64,000 nucleotides of DNA from contig CAXXKT010000001.1 in the NCBI GenBank assembly GCA_963662405.2, positions 2,016,001-2,080,000 of the forward strand. Direction: 5' to 3'. Both the position numbers and the translations under genes were made by a program. Within the stretch, counting starts at the first letter, position 1, and the number at the start of each line of letters is the position of its first letter. The notes beneath the pieces are model-generated. The model saw only the letters and a list, made by a program, of their open reading frames with translations. It did not search any database and was not told the DNA's origin. The stretch is from Syntrophales bacterium (GTDB lineage Bacteria > Desulfobacterota > Syntrophia > Syntrophales > UBA2210). This document shows, in pieces, positions 49,353 to 62,859 of this stretch.

Positions 49353-50705
49353 ATGAAAGTGAATGAAAAAATAAAAAGTCTTCCGTTGGAAGGGGTCCGG
49401 GTGCTGAGCTTGACGGCATCGTGGTCAGGACCCTTCGGATCTATGCTGTTGGGTGATTTGGGAGCAGAGGTTCTCAGGCTGGAACAGATTCAGTACGCAG
49501 GCGGTATGACGAGGGGGGTGGAACCGCGCCCTGAAGAGAAAAAGTGGATAAACAATAAGCAAGGGGGGATCGCTCAGTATGTCGACCGAAAGCCGTGGGG
49601 ACCGAATGGGGAATACCCGTGGAACCGATTCAGCTTCGGAAATTGTCATCTCCAGAATACCTATAGTTTTACACTTGATTATTCCCGGCCTAAGGGGTGG
49701 GAGCTTGTAAAACGTGTCATAAAGATGAGTGATATCTTTATCGAGAACAACACCCCCACCACCGCGCCGAAATTAGGATTCACGTGGGATGTTCTCCACG
49801 AGATTAATCCGAGACTCATTGTCGTTCGGTCGCCCGGGTTCGGTCTCGATGGTCCCCATATGAACTGGAAAGGGTATGGAAGGAATATAGAAGCGGTGAT
49901 CGGCCATGCATGGTTGGTGAGGTATTCCGAAGCCCCCGAACATCTCTTCAGCAACAGGCAGACATATCTAATGGACAATATGGGTGCTCACTCTATCGCC
50001 CTGTCCGCCATGATGGCACTTCTTGACAGAGAGAGGACGGGAGAAGGGTCTCTTGTGGAAGTTGCTCAGGCGGAGACTGCCATGTGTGCCTTACCGGCAC
50101 CCTTTATCGATTACTTTGCCAATGGAAAGATACGACCCGTAGAGGGCAATCGGTCTGCAACGGCAGTCCAGGGGTGCTATCCGACGGCGGGGAATGATCA
50201 ATGGGTGGTTATTACGATCAACGGTGACGACGAGTGGAAAGGATTTTGTAAAGCTATTGGAAACCCACCCTGGACACAAGATGAGCGTTTCGGTGATCTC
50301 TTAGGTAGATTGAAGTACCAGGACGATCTTGATGAGAATATCACACAATGGACGAAGGAACGCGGTAATTACGAGATCATGTACCTGTTACAGGCGCACG
50401 GTGTTCCTGCCGGGCCCGTTATGACAGAGGCAATGACCTTTGCAGATGATCACCTAAAGGATCGTGAGTTTTTCATAGAGGAAACACAGAAATGGTGCGG
50501 CACACATCTCTATACGGGATATACCGGTAAGTATACCAGAACTCCACGGAAAAACAGGGCCGATATGCCACCCTGTGGCTTGGGCGAGCATAACGAGTAT
50601 GTTTTAAAAGGACTCTTGGGGCTCTCTGATAAAGAGTATGTGGAACTGGAACGAGAAGAATATATCGGGACCGAAATATTGGCGGGAGCCAAGGCAAATC
50701 TCTAA
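49353..50705 (+). CDS. Family III CoA-transferase, subunit B, copy 2
   Basis: Close paralog of 37143-38489. Confidence 0.9.
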   Translation: MKVNEKIKSLPLEGVRVLSLTASWSGPFGSMLLGDLGAEVLRLEQIQYAGGMTRGVEPRPEEKKWINNKQGGIAQYVDRKPWGPNGEYPWNRFSFGNCHLQNTYSFTLDYSRPKGWELVKRVIKMSDIFIENNTPTTAPKLGFTWDVLHEINPRLIVVRSPGFGLDGPHMNWKGYGRNIEAVIGHAWLVRYSEAPEHLFSNRQTYLMDNMGAHSIALSAMMALLDRERTGEGSLVEVAQAETAMCALPAPFIDYFANGKIRPVEGNRSATAVQGCYPTAGNDQWVVITINGDDEWKGFCKAIGNPPWTQDERFGDLLGRLKYQDDLDENITQWTKERGNYEIMYLLQAHGVPAGPVMTEAMTFADDHLKDREFFIEETQKWCGTHLYTGYTGKYTRTPRKNRADMPPCGLGEHNEYVLKGLLGLSDKEYVELEREEYIGTEILAGAKANL

Positions 50706-50930
50706 GTATGTTCAGTGGATATTACATGAGTTGGCATTCTTGTATATGTCACAGGAGATATGAGACGAAGTGGCCAACTGAATAGGCAGCAGCAAAACCC
50801 TTACTGCGAAAGATAAGGGAGAGATCACACTCAACAGTACTTATTGTTCAGCGTAGAGGCACTATCTGGGGAAGTTTTGTTTGTTTAAGATTTCCTTGAT
50901 CAAAAAACAAATGAGGGAAAGGAGCAACAA

Positions 50931-52010
50931 ATGAGACAGGCATTAAAAAGCTGTGGGGTGTTGAGTATTTTGATTTTATTTGCGGGATTTGTTGTGTTCA
51001 ATGCGGGTACGGCTGACGCGGCAAAGGTTCTCAAATTTCAGTGTGCTTATGTGAAAACGGCCGGATCGAGCCAAACCATGGAATTTTTGGCTGACAAGGT
51101 CAAAGAATACACCAAGGGTGAGGTCGAGCTCAAGCTATACTGGTCTGGCCAGCTGGTAAAGGCATCGGAGGCGCTCACTGCAATACAGAGGGGAATGATT
51201 GACGGATACAGTGGTTCGGTGCTGTATTTTGCAGGAACGATCCCGGAGGCAAACGGCCACTATCTTCCCTATGCCTGGAAAAATCCACTGGAACTCTTAG
51301 ATATATATTACAACCATGGATTCAGGGAGGTGACGCGTGAAGCATTCGCAAAACATGGAGTATTGTACCTGACAACATTTACCGCAGCGAAATACGGTTT
51401 GATGTCAAACTTCCCGATACGCAAGCTGGAAGATCTCAAGGGGAAAAAGATGCGAGCGGTTGGAACCGGTGCGCGTGTTCTCAAGGAGTTCGGAGCAGCC
51501 CCCGTATACATGCTGGCAAATGAGGCGTACACAGGCCTGCAACGGGGAACGGTCGAAGGTAATCTCTACGTTTATTACGTATTGCAGGATTACAAGCTTC
51601 ATGAGGTGACTAAGTATGTAATCGAGCCGCCGCTGTACAGTCCCGGAATGGGCGATATCATTATGAGCCTGAAGGTCTGGAATGAGCTTACTCCTGATCA
51701 ACGAGAAGCCATTGAACGCGCTGCCGCAGAGACGACTTTGCGGTCCTATCTGTATGGATTGGTTAAAGATGAGTACGTGTTGAATGAATTCGCACGGGAA
51801 AAAGGAGTGGAAGTTATCACCTTGGAGCCGGAAGAGCTTGAACGTTTCAAGAAAGCGGCCGCTCCGGTGTATGATGACCATGCGAAAAAATCCCCCCTGT
51901 GTGCTAAGCAGGTCGAGATTCTGAGAAACTATGCCCAAGGCAGAGGGAAGATTAAATCCCCTCAGTTTTTGCCGAGCAGAGTCAGGATAGAAGCTATGAA
52001 TAAAAATTAA
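50931..52010 (+). CDS. dctP: TRAP solute-binding protein
   Basis: Signal peptide; EDLKGKKMRAVG, EAYTGLQRGTVEG. Confidence 0.9.
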   Translation: MRQALKSCGVLSILILFAGFVVFNAGTADAAKVLKFQCAYVKTAGSSQTMEFLADKVKEYTKGEVELKLYWSGQLVKASEALTAIQRGMIDGYSGSVLYFAGTIPEANGHYLPYAWKNPLELLDIYYNHGFREVTREAFAKHGVLYLTTFTAAKYGLMSNFPIRKLEDLKGKKMRAVGTGARVLKEFGAAPVYMLANEAYTGLQRGTVEGNLYVYYVLQDYKLHEVTKYVIEPPLYSPGMGDIIMSLKVWNELTPDQREAIERAAAETTLRSYLYGLVKDEYVLNEFAREKGVEVITLEPEELERFKKAAAPVYDDHAKKSPLCAKQVEILRNYAQGRGKIKSPQFLPSRVRIEAMNKN

Positions 52011-52046
52011 ACAGCAGTCAATATTAACCAAACAGTGCACCAGCTG

Positions 52047-52081
52047 TGCACGGGTATTCTTCTTCGATGAATACTCGTGCA
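52047..52081 (+). other. Intergenic stem-loop after dctP
   Basis: TGCACGGGTATTC-9 nt-GAATACTCGTGCA (13 bp with one G-U). Confidence 0.55.
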
Positions 52082-52202
52082 GTTGGTTGCTATGAGAGTA
52101 GACGTAAATGGCAGGTGTTGGCGGGGATGTGAAGGATAACATTCTCTTTCCCTTATATCCAACAAGTGTCGGTGGAAAGGAAGAGAGGAGGTAAGGCTTG
52201 GT

Positions 52203-52697
52203 ATGAAAAGCATTGTGAAGGTCATTGATGCGATTAACCGCTTTTTCGAGTACTTTCTCGGCGGGGTTACCTTGCTGTTGGCATTTCTGGTCTTATTTGA
52301 AGTTATATGCCGATATTTTCTGGGTAAACCAACATTGTGGTCCATGGAGGTCAATACATATCTGTTCTGTGGTCTCAGTCTGTTGGGAGGGGGATATTGT
52401 CTTCTGCAAGAGGGACATGTTCGGGTGGATCTCTTTTATCCAAAATTTTCCCCCAAGACGCAGGCGATAGTAGAGATGAGCACCTTTATTCTTCCCTTAC
52501 TCTTTTGTGTAGTTCTCGTTTGGCTGGGAGGGAGGGAATTTTGGGCAACACTGATCGAGAATAGAAGATCCGATGGGGTTCTCGCGCTCCCCTTGTGGCC
52601 GGTCTGGATGACCATGCCTTTAGCCGGGTTTTTGCTGGGGAGTCAAATTGTATCCAGATATCTTAAGGATATAATGCTATTAACCACTAAGGAATGA
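52203..52697 (+). CDS. dctQ: TRAP small permease
   Basis: PTLWSMEVN, GHVRVD; paralog of 38609-39115. Confidence 0.9.
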   Translation: MKSIVKVIDAINRFFEYFLGGVTLLLAFLVLFEVICRYFLGKPTLWSMEVNTYLFCGLSLLGGGYCLLQEGHVRVDLFYPKFSPKTQAIVEMSTFILPLLFCVVLVWLGGREFWATLIENRRSDGVLALPLWPVWMTMPLAGFLLGSQIVSRYLKDIMLLTTKE

Positions 52698-52780
52698 GTT
52701 GGCCTTCCGCCTCTTTCCTTGGGGGATTGTGGTTGTTCGATATGCCAGTCAACTGAGAGGGCTTAAAGGGAGAAATAAAG

Positions 52781-54091
52781 ATGGATGTAGGGTTACTTTC
52801 TTTGATCATTGCCGCATGCTTATTTATATTGCTGGGGCTGGGATTGCCGATAGCCTTTGTTATGGGGGGATTGGCAATTTGTGGCACAATTTACGTGTGG
52901 GGATGGGCAGGTCTGTACATGGTAGTGACTACCACCTATAGCAATGCGACCAATTTTGTTTATGTTGCCATCCCGCTTTTCCTTTTGATGGCCAATTTCC
53001 TGCAGCAGAGCGGTCTGGCTGATGATCTGTATGAGGTTATATACCGGTGGGCGGGCAGAGTGAAGGGAGGCTTGGCAATGGGTACCGTTATTATCTGTGC
53101 CATATTCGCCTCCATGGCGGGTATCAGTTCGGTGGCCACGGTTACAATGGGTACTGTCGCGTTGCCGTCCATGATGAAGCGTGGGTATGACAAGTCAATG
53201 GCCCTGGGATGTATTATGGCCGGGGGCTCTCTCGGAATTCTTATTCCTCCCAGCATTATTATGATTGTTTACGGTGGCGTGGCGGAAGTTTCAATCGGCA
53301 AACTTTTTATGGGCGGTATAATCCCTGGGATCCTTCTTGCAATCCTCTATATACTGTACATCGGTATCAAGTGCTGGATTCACCCTCAAATGGGTCCACC
53401 TGTGGATGCCAGTTTTTCGCTGAAAGAAAAAATAACGAGCCTGAAAGGGATTATTCTTCCGATCATACTGGTTATACTTGTTCTTGGGAGCATATATACC
53501 GGCGCGTCTACGCCGACTGAAGCAGCTGGCGTGGGGGCTCTTGGAGCCCTTGTGTGTATGGCGATTTATGGCCGGGTGACTTTTGCGCGAGTGAGAGCCG
53601 CGTTGTCTTTCACGGTGATCAATAATGCCATGGTGATGTGGATCATCATCAGTGCCGCATGTTTTTCTCACTTTATCGCCGTTGCCGGGGTTCACGACTG
53701 GTTGTTTGGATTCTTTGACGGGTTAAATATCTGGCGGTGGTGGATTATTGTTATTATGCAGGTTGTTTTCTTTATACTGGGAATGTTCCTGAATCCAGCT
53801 GCCATTGTTACCCTGTTGGGTCCTCTTTTTGTGCCAGTTGTTGTCAATCTGGGGTTTGATCCCCTGTGGTTTGGAATCCTGTTCGTTATCAATATGGAGA
53901 TGGGTTATCTTACACCGCCGTTCGGGTTCAATCTTTTTGTCATGAAGGGGGTCGTGCCGAAGGAGATAACCATGATGGATCTCTACCGTTCCATAGTGCC
54001 TTTTGTAGGTATCCAGGCACTCCTTTTGCTGATCATCATGGTGTGGCCGCGACTGGCAACGTGGTTGCCGAGCTTAATGATAGGAGGATAG
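52781..54091 (+). CDS. dctM: TRAP large permease
   Basis: Paralog of 39184-40500; LTPPFGFNLF. Confidence 0.92.
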   Translation: MDVGLLSLIIAACLFILLGLGLPIAFVMGGLAICGTIYVWGWAGLYMVVTTTYSNATNFVYVAIPLFLLMANFLQQSGLADDLYEVIYRWAGRVKGGLAMGTVIICAIFASMAGISSVATVTMGTVALPSMMKRGYDKSMALGCIMAGGSLGILIPPSIIMIVYGGVAEVSIGKLFMGGIIPGILLAILYILYIGIKCWIHPQMGPPVDASFSLKEKITSLKGIILPIILVILVLGSIYTGASTPTEAAGVGALGALVCMAIYGRVTFARVRAALSFTVINNAMVMWIIISAACFSHFIAVAGVHDWLFGFFDGLNIWRWWIIVIMQVVFFILGMFLNPAAIVTLLGPLFVPVVVNLGFDPLWFGILFVINMEMGYLTPPFGFNLFVMKGVVPKEITMMDLYRSIVPFVGIQALLLLIIMVWPRLATWLPSLMIGG

Positions 54092-54238
54092 TGATAGGTT
54101 TTCAGCCTGTTGTAATTGTAAAGTATAACTGATGTGGCTAACCTTTCTCATGCGGAATGTATTGCAGTATAGGCCATATGTTCAGAACAAGATGAAAGTG
54201 ACAACCGAATTCTAAACTTAGAATTTATGAGGATAAAT

Positions 54239-54952
54239 ATGAAAAAGATGCATTGCTCGATTCAAGATGGAATTGCACAAATCACACTTGACGATGGTAA
54301 GATGAACGTCATGAACTGGGAATTTTTCAGTGAGTTGAATCAATCTCTCGACCGTGTCCAAGAAGACGATGCCGGTGTTTTAATCCTTACATGTAAACCC
54401 GGCATTTTTTCCGCTGGTCTTGATTTGAAACTTCTTCCTACGCAGTCCCTGGAGGAAAAGTTGAAATTTCAGAAAACCTTTGCCACAATAATGTTACGAG
54501 TCTTTCAGTTTCCCATTCCAACCATAGCGGCTTATGAAGGGCATGCTGTTGCCGGAGGAGCAATTCTTTCATATGCATGCGATCGGTTCATGATGCTTGA
54601 CGGCTCCTATAAGATTCAGATCAATGAAATCGCTAACAAAATGGCTATTCCCAGCTGGATACTTTTGATTTGTCGATCCTCGATTCCTCACCGTTGGTGG
54701 AGAGAAGCGCTGCTTCATGCCCGTGCCTATACTCCTCGTGAAGCCTTCGATCGAGGTATTGTAGATGATCTTATTCCTTCTGGTTCCAACATCCTTGATG
54801 CGGCTCGGGAGACGGCCCAGGACCTTCTAAACCTTGATCGACGTGCTTACGCGGTTACGAAGAAATATATGTACCAGGAAGAAGCAACACGCGTTCTGGA
54901 TATTTTCTACCGGGAGGTTGTGGAATGGAGGCTTGCCTCCGCAAAATCGTAG
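54239..54952 (+). CDS. Crotonase/enoyl-CoA hydratase-isomerase family protein
   Basis: LDDGKMN, FSAGLDL, GHAVAGGA, INE motifs; GAGGA RBS before ATG 54239. Confidence 0.88.
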   Translation: MKKMHCSIQDGIAQITLDDGKMNVMNWEFFSELNQSLDRVQEDDAGVLILTCKPGIFSAGLDLKLLPTQSLEEKLKFQKTFATIMLRVFQFPIPTIAAYEGHAVAGGAILSYACDRFMMLDGSYKIQINEIANKMAIPSWILLICRSSIPHRWWREALLHARAYTPREAFDRGIVDDLIPSGSNILDAARETAQDLLNLDRRAYAVTKKYMYQEEATRVLDIFYREVVEWRLASAKS

Positions 54953-55158
54953 AAAACGAATTCAGCGAGTGTGTTTCCCAAAGATACGTTTTAAGCAATA
55001 AAAAGCAATCACGAGATTATGGTGTTGTTATCGACAGGTGATCTTTTGTGATCAAGCGCTTCTGAACCGAATGAAGTCTCGGTATCTATGCATTACGTGT
55101 CCTCCTACCTTCTCACCATCTTCTTTCAAAAGGAACGCCATGCCGGCGGAAATTTTTC

Positions 55159-55205
55159 TTGACAACGGATGTGTGATCGCTTAGAAGTGGGTGACCTACA
55201 GTCAT
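55159..55205 (+). promoter_or_regulatory. Promoter and candidate TetR operator
   Basis: TTGACA(55159)-17 bp-TAGAAG; TGAC-CTACA-GTCA inverted repeat at 55192-55204. Confidence 0.5.
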
Positions 55206-55295
55206 ATTTTGACCTTTGTTTAGACGCCAGCCCTTGTGGTTGCTAGATGCCAAGCCTGCGTACATTTGAAAAATTGTATAGAGGGGGGAACGCGA

Positions 55296-55952
55296 TTGGT
55301 TCTGGAGAAGCGCAGAGAGAAGGAGCGGAAGCAGCGGAGGAAGGCTATTCTCCGGGCTGCCAGGTCGCTTCTCTTCAAACAGGGGCACAAACCGGTCACC
55401 ATCGCGGATATTGCCCAGAAAGCCGAACTGAGCAAAGGCGCAATCTATCTCTATTTCAATAGCAAAGAGGAGATTTGTGCGCAGATACTCCTTGATGATA
55501 TCGGAAAAGTTCACAGCAAGGTCCTCCCCATATTCAACGGTACCAGTCGCGCTTCTGAGAACCTGACGGAGTTTGCCCACCTGTATGTGGATTATTTCCT
55601 GAGGGACAGGGGTATGTTCAGACTCCTCATGGATTTCATGATGCATGCCGATCATCTGAACCTTTCGACCACTACCAACCAACGAATTATCCAGGAAACA
55701 AACAAGGCGATCTCCGTCACGGAAAGTATCTTTCAATACGGAATCGATACGGGAGAGTTCTCCCTCGAGAAAGGGGATGTGCTTGATATGAGGAATGCCT
55801 TATGGGGTATGCTCAACGGGGTGATCTCCCTGCACCTCTTTATCGGTCAGGAGTCAACGCGGGCGGAGAGAATACATAAGAATGTGAATGATTGTTTGAA
55901 GCTTTTTATCGAGGGGCTCAGTAAGTCCGGAAACGGTTCCGGCGTAAAATAA
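55296..55952 (+). CDS. TetR/AcrR family regulator upstream of the beta-oxidation genes
   Basis: VTIADIAQKAELSKGAIYLYFNSKEE; TTG start after GAGGGGGG. Confidence 0.9.
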   Translation: MVLEKRREKERKQRRKAILRAARSLLFKQGHKPVTIADIAQKAELSKGAIYLYFNSKEEICAQILLDDIGKVHSKVLPIFNGTSRASENLTEFAHLYVDYFLRDRGMFRLLMDFMMHADHLNLSTTTNQRIIQETNKAISVTESIFQYGIDTGEFSLEKGDVLDMRNALWGMLNGVISLHLFIGQESTRAERIHKNVNDCLKLFIEGLSKSGNGSGVK

Positions 55953-55998
55953 CGGTAAAACAAGTTTTTTGTTTTACACGTAACAAAGGAGGAGTGAT

Positions 55999-58419
55999 AT
56001 GCCGTATAAGATCAGGGAAGCCGCCGTTATAGGGGCGGGAGTCATGGGCGCGACGATAGCCGCTCACTTGGCCAATGCAGGAATCGAGAGCGTGATGCTT
56101 GATATCGTGCCCCCCTTTGATCCGAGTGAGAAGGATCTGAAAAAGGGGGTGACCAAGGAGAGCAAGGCGTGGCGGAACAGTTTTGCGGCCAATGGTCTTG
56201 CCGGAGTGACAAAGTCCAAACCGGCGAGTTTCTTTTCCAAAAAACTCGCGTCGATGATCACTATCGGAAACCTCGAAGACGATCTCGATCTCCTAAAGGA
56301 TGTTGATTTTCTGCTCGAGGTGGTGGTGGAGAATCTCAAGGTCAAGCAGGAACTCTTTGCGAAGCTGAAGAAGGTCCTCAAACCGGACTGTATCGTTGCG
56401 ACCAACACCTCCGGCATCCCGATCGCCGATATCTCCGCGAAAATGGACGATACGCTCAAAGAACGTTTCCTGGGTGTCCACTTCTTCAATCCCCCCCGCT
56501 ATATGAAGCTGGTGGAGGTGATTCCCGGCAAGACGACCAAGAAGGATCTCATCAGCTATATGGTTGCCTTTCTTCAAAATGTCGTCGGGAAAGGTGTTGT
56601 CCTCTGCAAGGATGTCCCCAATTTTATCGCGAACCGGATCGGAACCTTCGATATGTCGAACGCGATCGACACCATGGTCAGCACGGGAATGACGGTGCCG
56701 GAGATGGATGCCATCATCTCCAAGCCCCTCGGCAGACCCGGTTCGGCGATCTTCGGTACGCTCGACCTCGTCGGTCTGGATACCGGCGACCATGTCAACA
56801 AGAACCTGATGGAAGCGGTCCCGAATGACGAGATGATCTGGATCTTCAAGGGCCCTGATTTTATGGAAAAAATGCTCGAAAACAAGTGGCTCGGCAACAA
56901 GACGGGGCAGGGCTTTTACAAAAGGGCAAAAGACGAGAAAGGGAAGAAGGTCAAACTGGTACTTGACTACAACACCCTGGAGTATGCCCCCTTCCAGAAG
57001 CCGGTCTTCGAGTCCATCGCGGAGGCGGCAAAGGCCCCCGGCGGATTCGACGGAAAGCTCAAGGCACTCTTCTACTCGAAGAAGGATAAGGCCGCTGATG
57101 TCGTCCGGCAGTACCTCTGCAGGAACTTCATCTATGCGGCAAACCGGATCCCCGAGATCGCCGACACGGTGTACCAGATCGACAACGCCATGAAGTGGGG
57201 CTACAACCACCAGAAGGGTCCCTTCGAGACGTGGGATGCCGTGGGGGTGAAGAAGTCGTTGGGGGTGATGGAGAAACTGGGGCTGAAGGTCCCCAAGAAG
57301 ATCAAAGATATGCTGGAGAAGGGGTGCAAGACCTTCTACACGAAGAAGAAGGACGGGATCTACTGTTACGACTTCAAGAAGAACGATTACGTCAAGATGG
57401 AGGAGAACCCGCGGGTTATCCTCCTTCCCGAACTCAAGGCGAAGAAGAAGGTTGTCAAGGAGAATGCCGGCGCCTCTCTCGTCGATATCGGTGACGGCGT
57501 GGCATGCCTCGAGTTCCATACCAAGATGAACGCCATCGATCAGGATCTCACGCAGATGATATATGACAGCTGTGATATCGTGGAGAAGGATTTCGAGGGG
57601 CTGGTCGTTGCGAACCATGCCACGAACTTCTCTGTCGGCGCCAATGTCTTTAACCTGCTTGTGGCGGTCCAGCAGGGGCAGTGGGACGATATCGACAAAG
57701 AGATCCACGCCCTGCAGTATGCCAACATGAGACTTAAGTATCTGGACAAACCGGTCGTCACCGCTCCGGCGGGTATGGCATTGGGCGGGGGCTGCGAGAT
57801 AGCCATGCACGGCCACCGCTGCCAGCCCTGCGGCGAGTCATACATGGGCCTGGTGGAAGTGGGCGTCGGCCTGCTCCCCGCGGGCGGCGGATGCAAGGAA
57901 CTGATGGTGCGCTGCACCGAGGGTCTGCCGACCGGTGTCGTTGAGGTTGCGAACCTGGATCCCATCTATCAGAAGGTCCTGCAGAACATAGCGCAGGCAA
58001 CGGTTTCCACCAGCGCGGTGGAGGCGATGGAACTGGGGTATGTCAGGAAGACGGAAAATCTGAGTCTCAACCGTGAGCACCAGATATGGGATGCCAAGGA
58101 GCTCGTCTTGGCGATGGCCGGGTCCTTCAGGAGGAAAAAACCCGACATGATCCCCGTCCTGGGAGAGAATTTTATGGGTATCGTACAGGCCTTCCTGTTC
58201 AACATGAAACACGGGAACTACATGTCCGACTACGACCTGCACGTCACCACAAAGATCGCATGGGTCCTCTCCGGCGGTCAGTGTCCGGAGAACACCTTTG
58301 TCACTGAAGACGCGATTCTTGATCGTGAACGGGAGGCATTTCTCAGCCTCGCCGGTGAAGAGAAGACGCAGAAGCGTATTGAGCATATGCTCACGACGGG
58401 GAAACCGCTTCGTAACTAA
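55999..58419 (+). CDS. fadN: 3-hydroxyacyl-CoA dehydrogenase / enoyl-CoA hydratase fusion (FadN type)
   Basis: GAGVMG, TNTSGIP, HFFNPPRYM N-terminal HAD; C-terminal crotonase FSVGAN, ALGGGCE; ends GKPLRN. Confidence 0.9.
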   Translation: MPYKIREAAVIGAGVMGATIAAHLANAGIESVMLDIVPPFDPSEKDLKKGVTKESKAWRNSFAANGLAGVTKSKPASFFSKKLASMITIGNLEDDLDLLKDVDFLLEVVVENLKVKQELFAKLKKVLKPDCIVATNTSGIPIADISAKMDDTLKERFLGVHFFNPPRYMKLVEVIPGKTTKKDLISYMVAFLQNVVGKGVVLCKDVPNFIANRIGTFDMSNAIDTMVSTGMTVPEMDAIISKPLGRPGSAIFGTLDLVGLDTGDHVNKNLMEAVPNDEMIWIFKGPDFMEKMLENKWLGNKTGQGFYKRAKDEKGKKVKLVLDYNTLEYAPFQKPVFESIAEAAKAPGGFDGKLKALFYSKKDKAADVVRQYLCRNFIYAANRIPEIADTVYQIDNAMKWGYNHQKGPFETWDAVGVKKSLGVMEKLGLKVPKKIKDMLEKGCKTFYTKKKDGIYCYDFKKNDYVKMEENPRVILLPELKAKKKVVKENAGASLVDIGDGVACLEFHTKMNAIDQDLTQMIYDSCDIVEKDFEGLVVANHATNFSVGANVFNLLVAVQQGQWDDIDKEIHALQYANMRLKYLDKPVVTAPAGMALGGGCEIAMHGHRCQPCGESYMGLVEVGVGLLPAGGGCKELMVRCTEGLPTGVVEVANLDPIYQKVLQNIAQATVSTSAVEAMELGYVRKTENLSLNREHQIWDAKELVLAMAGSFRRKKPDMIPVLGENFMGIVQAFLFNMKHGNYMSDYDLHVTTKIAWVLSGGQCPENTFVTEDAILDREREAFLSLAGEEKTQKRIEHMLTTGKPLRN

Positions 58420-58470
58420 CCATGACACATTGAGCCGCCATGAGCGCGGCAGACGATAAGGAGGATTATT

Positions 58471-59658
58471 ATGCGTGAAGCTGTTATTGTTGCATCAGTA
58501 AGGAGTCCGGGTGGACGATACAAGAGGGGCGGTCTGGCCCAGACCAGGGGAGACGAGATAGGAATCCAGGTGCTCAGGGGGCTGATGAAAAGGGTGCCAC
58601 AGGTCAAACACGAGATGGTCGACGATATCGTCTGTGGGTGCTCATTTCCCGAGGCCGAACAGGGGATGAACCTCGGCAGGATCATAGGGCTCGGGGCCGG
58701 GTTCCCGATAACCACCTCGGGGATGACGGTCAACCGTTTCTGCTCTTCCGGTATCCAGTCCATAGCGGATGCGACGGCGAAGGTCAGGGCGGGATGGTCG
58801 GATATCATCATTGCCGGCGGCTGCGAGACCATGAGCCATATACCGATGGGTGGATGGATAACCCGCCCGCATCCCGACTGGGGCGATCTCCCGATGGCCT
58901 ACGTCTCGATGGGAATCACCGCGGAAAATGTTGCGGCCAACTACGGCATTTCCCGTGAAGAGCAGGACAAGATGGGGCTAGAGAGCAACCGCAGGGCCTA
59001 CGAGGCCATACAGGCGGGCTTGTGGAAAGAGGAGATCATTCCCATCAACGCCTGGAAGTACAAGAAGGACAAGAAGGGGCAGTGGGTCAGGAATACCTTT
59101 GTCTTTGACATGGACGACGGCGTGAGATGGCCCTCGACCATGGAGAACATGGCGAAGCTGAAATCCCCCTTCAAGCTGGGTGGGTCGGTGACGGCGGCAA
59201 ACGCCTCGCAGATGACCGACGGGGCCGCCTTCTCGATGATCATGTCCGCCGAGAAGGCGGATGAGCTGGGGTTGAAACCCCTCGCCAAGCTGACCCATTA
59301 TGCGGTCGCGGGGAACAAACCGGAGGAGATGGGTGTCGGTCCCCGTTACGCGATCCCGAAGGTCCTGAAGCTGGCCGGGATGACGACGGACGATATCGAG
59401 CTGTTCGAGATCAACGAGGCCTTCGCTTCCCAGGCCCTGTATTCCTGCAGGGAACTCGGGCTGACCGAGCGGTACTGGAAGGGAGATATCAATCCGAACG
59501 GCGGTGCCATCGCCATCGGCCATCCCCTGGGATGCACCGGCGCGAAGCTGACCTGCCAGTTGCTGCACGAGCTGAAGAGGCGGAAACTGAAGAGGGGAAT
59601 CGTTTCCATGTGTATCGGTGGCGGAATGGGCGCGGCCGGTATCTACGAGATGCTGTAA
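58471..59658 (+). CDS. fadA: Acetyl-CoA acyltransferase (thiolase)
   Basis: NRFCSSG, EINEAFA, GHPLGCTG, MCIGGGMG. Confidence 0.93.
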   Translation: MREAVIVASVRSPGGRYKRGGLAQTRGDEIGIQVLRGLMKRVPQVKHEMVDDIVCGCSFPEAEQGMNLGRIIGLGAGFPITTSGMTVNRFCSSGIQSIADATAKVRAGWSDIIIAGGCETMSHIPMGGWITRPHPDWGDLPMAYVSMGITAENVAANYGISREEQDKMGLESNRRAYEAIQAGLWKEEIIPINAWKYKKDKKGQWVRNTFVFDMDDGVRWPSTMENMAKLKSPFKLGGSVTAANASQMTDGAAFSMIMSAEKADELGLKPLAKLTHYAVAGNKPEEMGVGPRYAIPKVLKLAGMTTDDIELFEINEAFASQALYSCRELGLTERYWKGDINPNGGAIAIGHPLGCTGAKLTCQLLHELKRRKLKRGIVSMCIGGGMGAAGIYEML

Positions 59659-59682
59659 TCCCTGACGATCATCTCTGATCTG

Positions 59683-59715
59683 GAAAAGCCATGGCCCCCG
59701 CGGTCATGGCTTTTC
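59683..59715 (+). terminator. Terminator hairpin after the thiolase gene
   Basis: GAAAAGCCATGGCC-CCCGC-GGTCATGGCTTTTC. Confidence 0.8.
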
Positions 59716-60036
59716 TGCGTTTTATAGGCGGATCGGCCTATCGTCGGTCTGTGGAAACCCGCCGTTCGATCCCGGGGAAGGGGAAAAACCGAGGCGGGTG
59801 CAGACAGGGCTGTATCTTTTGTTTCCGGTGTGATACTTTATCCAAAAATAGCTATTACAACCCGATTTCCATCTTCTCAATCTCCACTCACCTCGGCTCA
59901 AGTGACTGGAATAATGGCCATAATTTGCTGTAAGTCTTGAAGCACGGCCTGCCATAGCACGTTGTTTGATCGCACCACAGAGACCCAACATCATTGCATA
60001 TAATTTGATAAACAGATTACCCAAAGGAGGGCTCCC

Positions 60037-62697
<2,661 letters not shown>

Positions 62698-62729
62698 ACA
62701 AACAGTGCCGTATATCTGGTAGAGATCCG

Positions 62730-62763
62730 GAAAAGCCGTGACCGTTCCGGCCATGGCTTTTTC
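62730..62763 (+). terminator. Terminator hairpin after the ALDH-ADH gene
   Basis: GAAAAGCCGTGACC-GTTCC-GGCCATGGCTTTTTC. Confidence 0.75.
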
Positions 62764-62859
62764 GCTTTACACGAGAGCTCGGACGGGATATTGACGGGAA
62801 ACTCCCGGCAGGAAAGCATAGCAACCAGGAGCCGGGAAATTTCCATATGAGAGGAAGAG

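Noticed and set aside
26714..55000. Classical tRNA-integrated genomic island or prophage
   Set aside because: The accessory DNA lies on the 5' side of tRNA-Glu, no duplicated tRNA 3' end was seen, and there are no integrase or phage structural genes.
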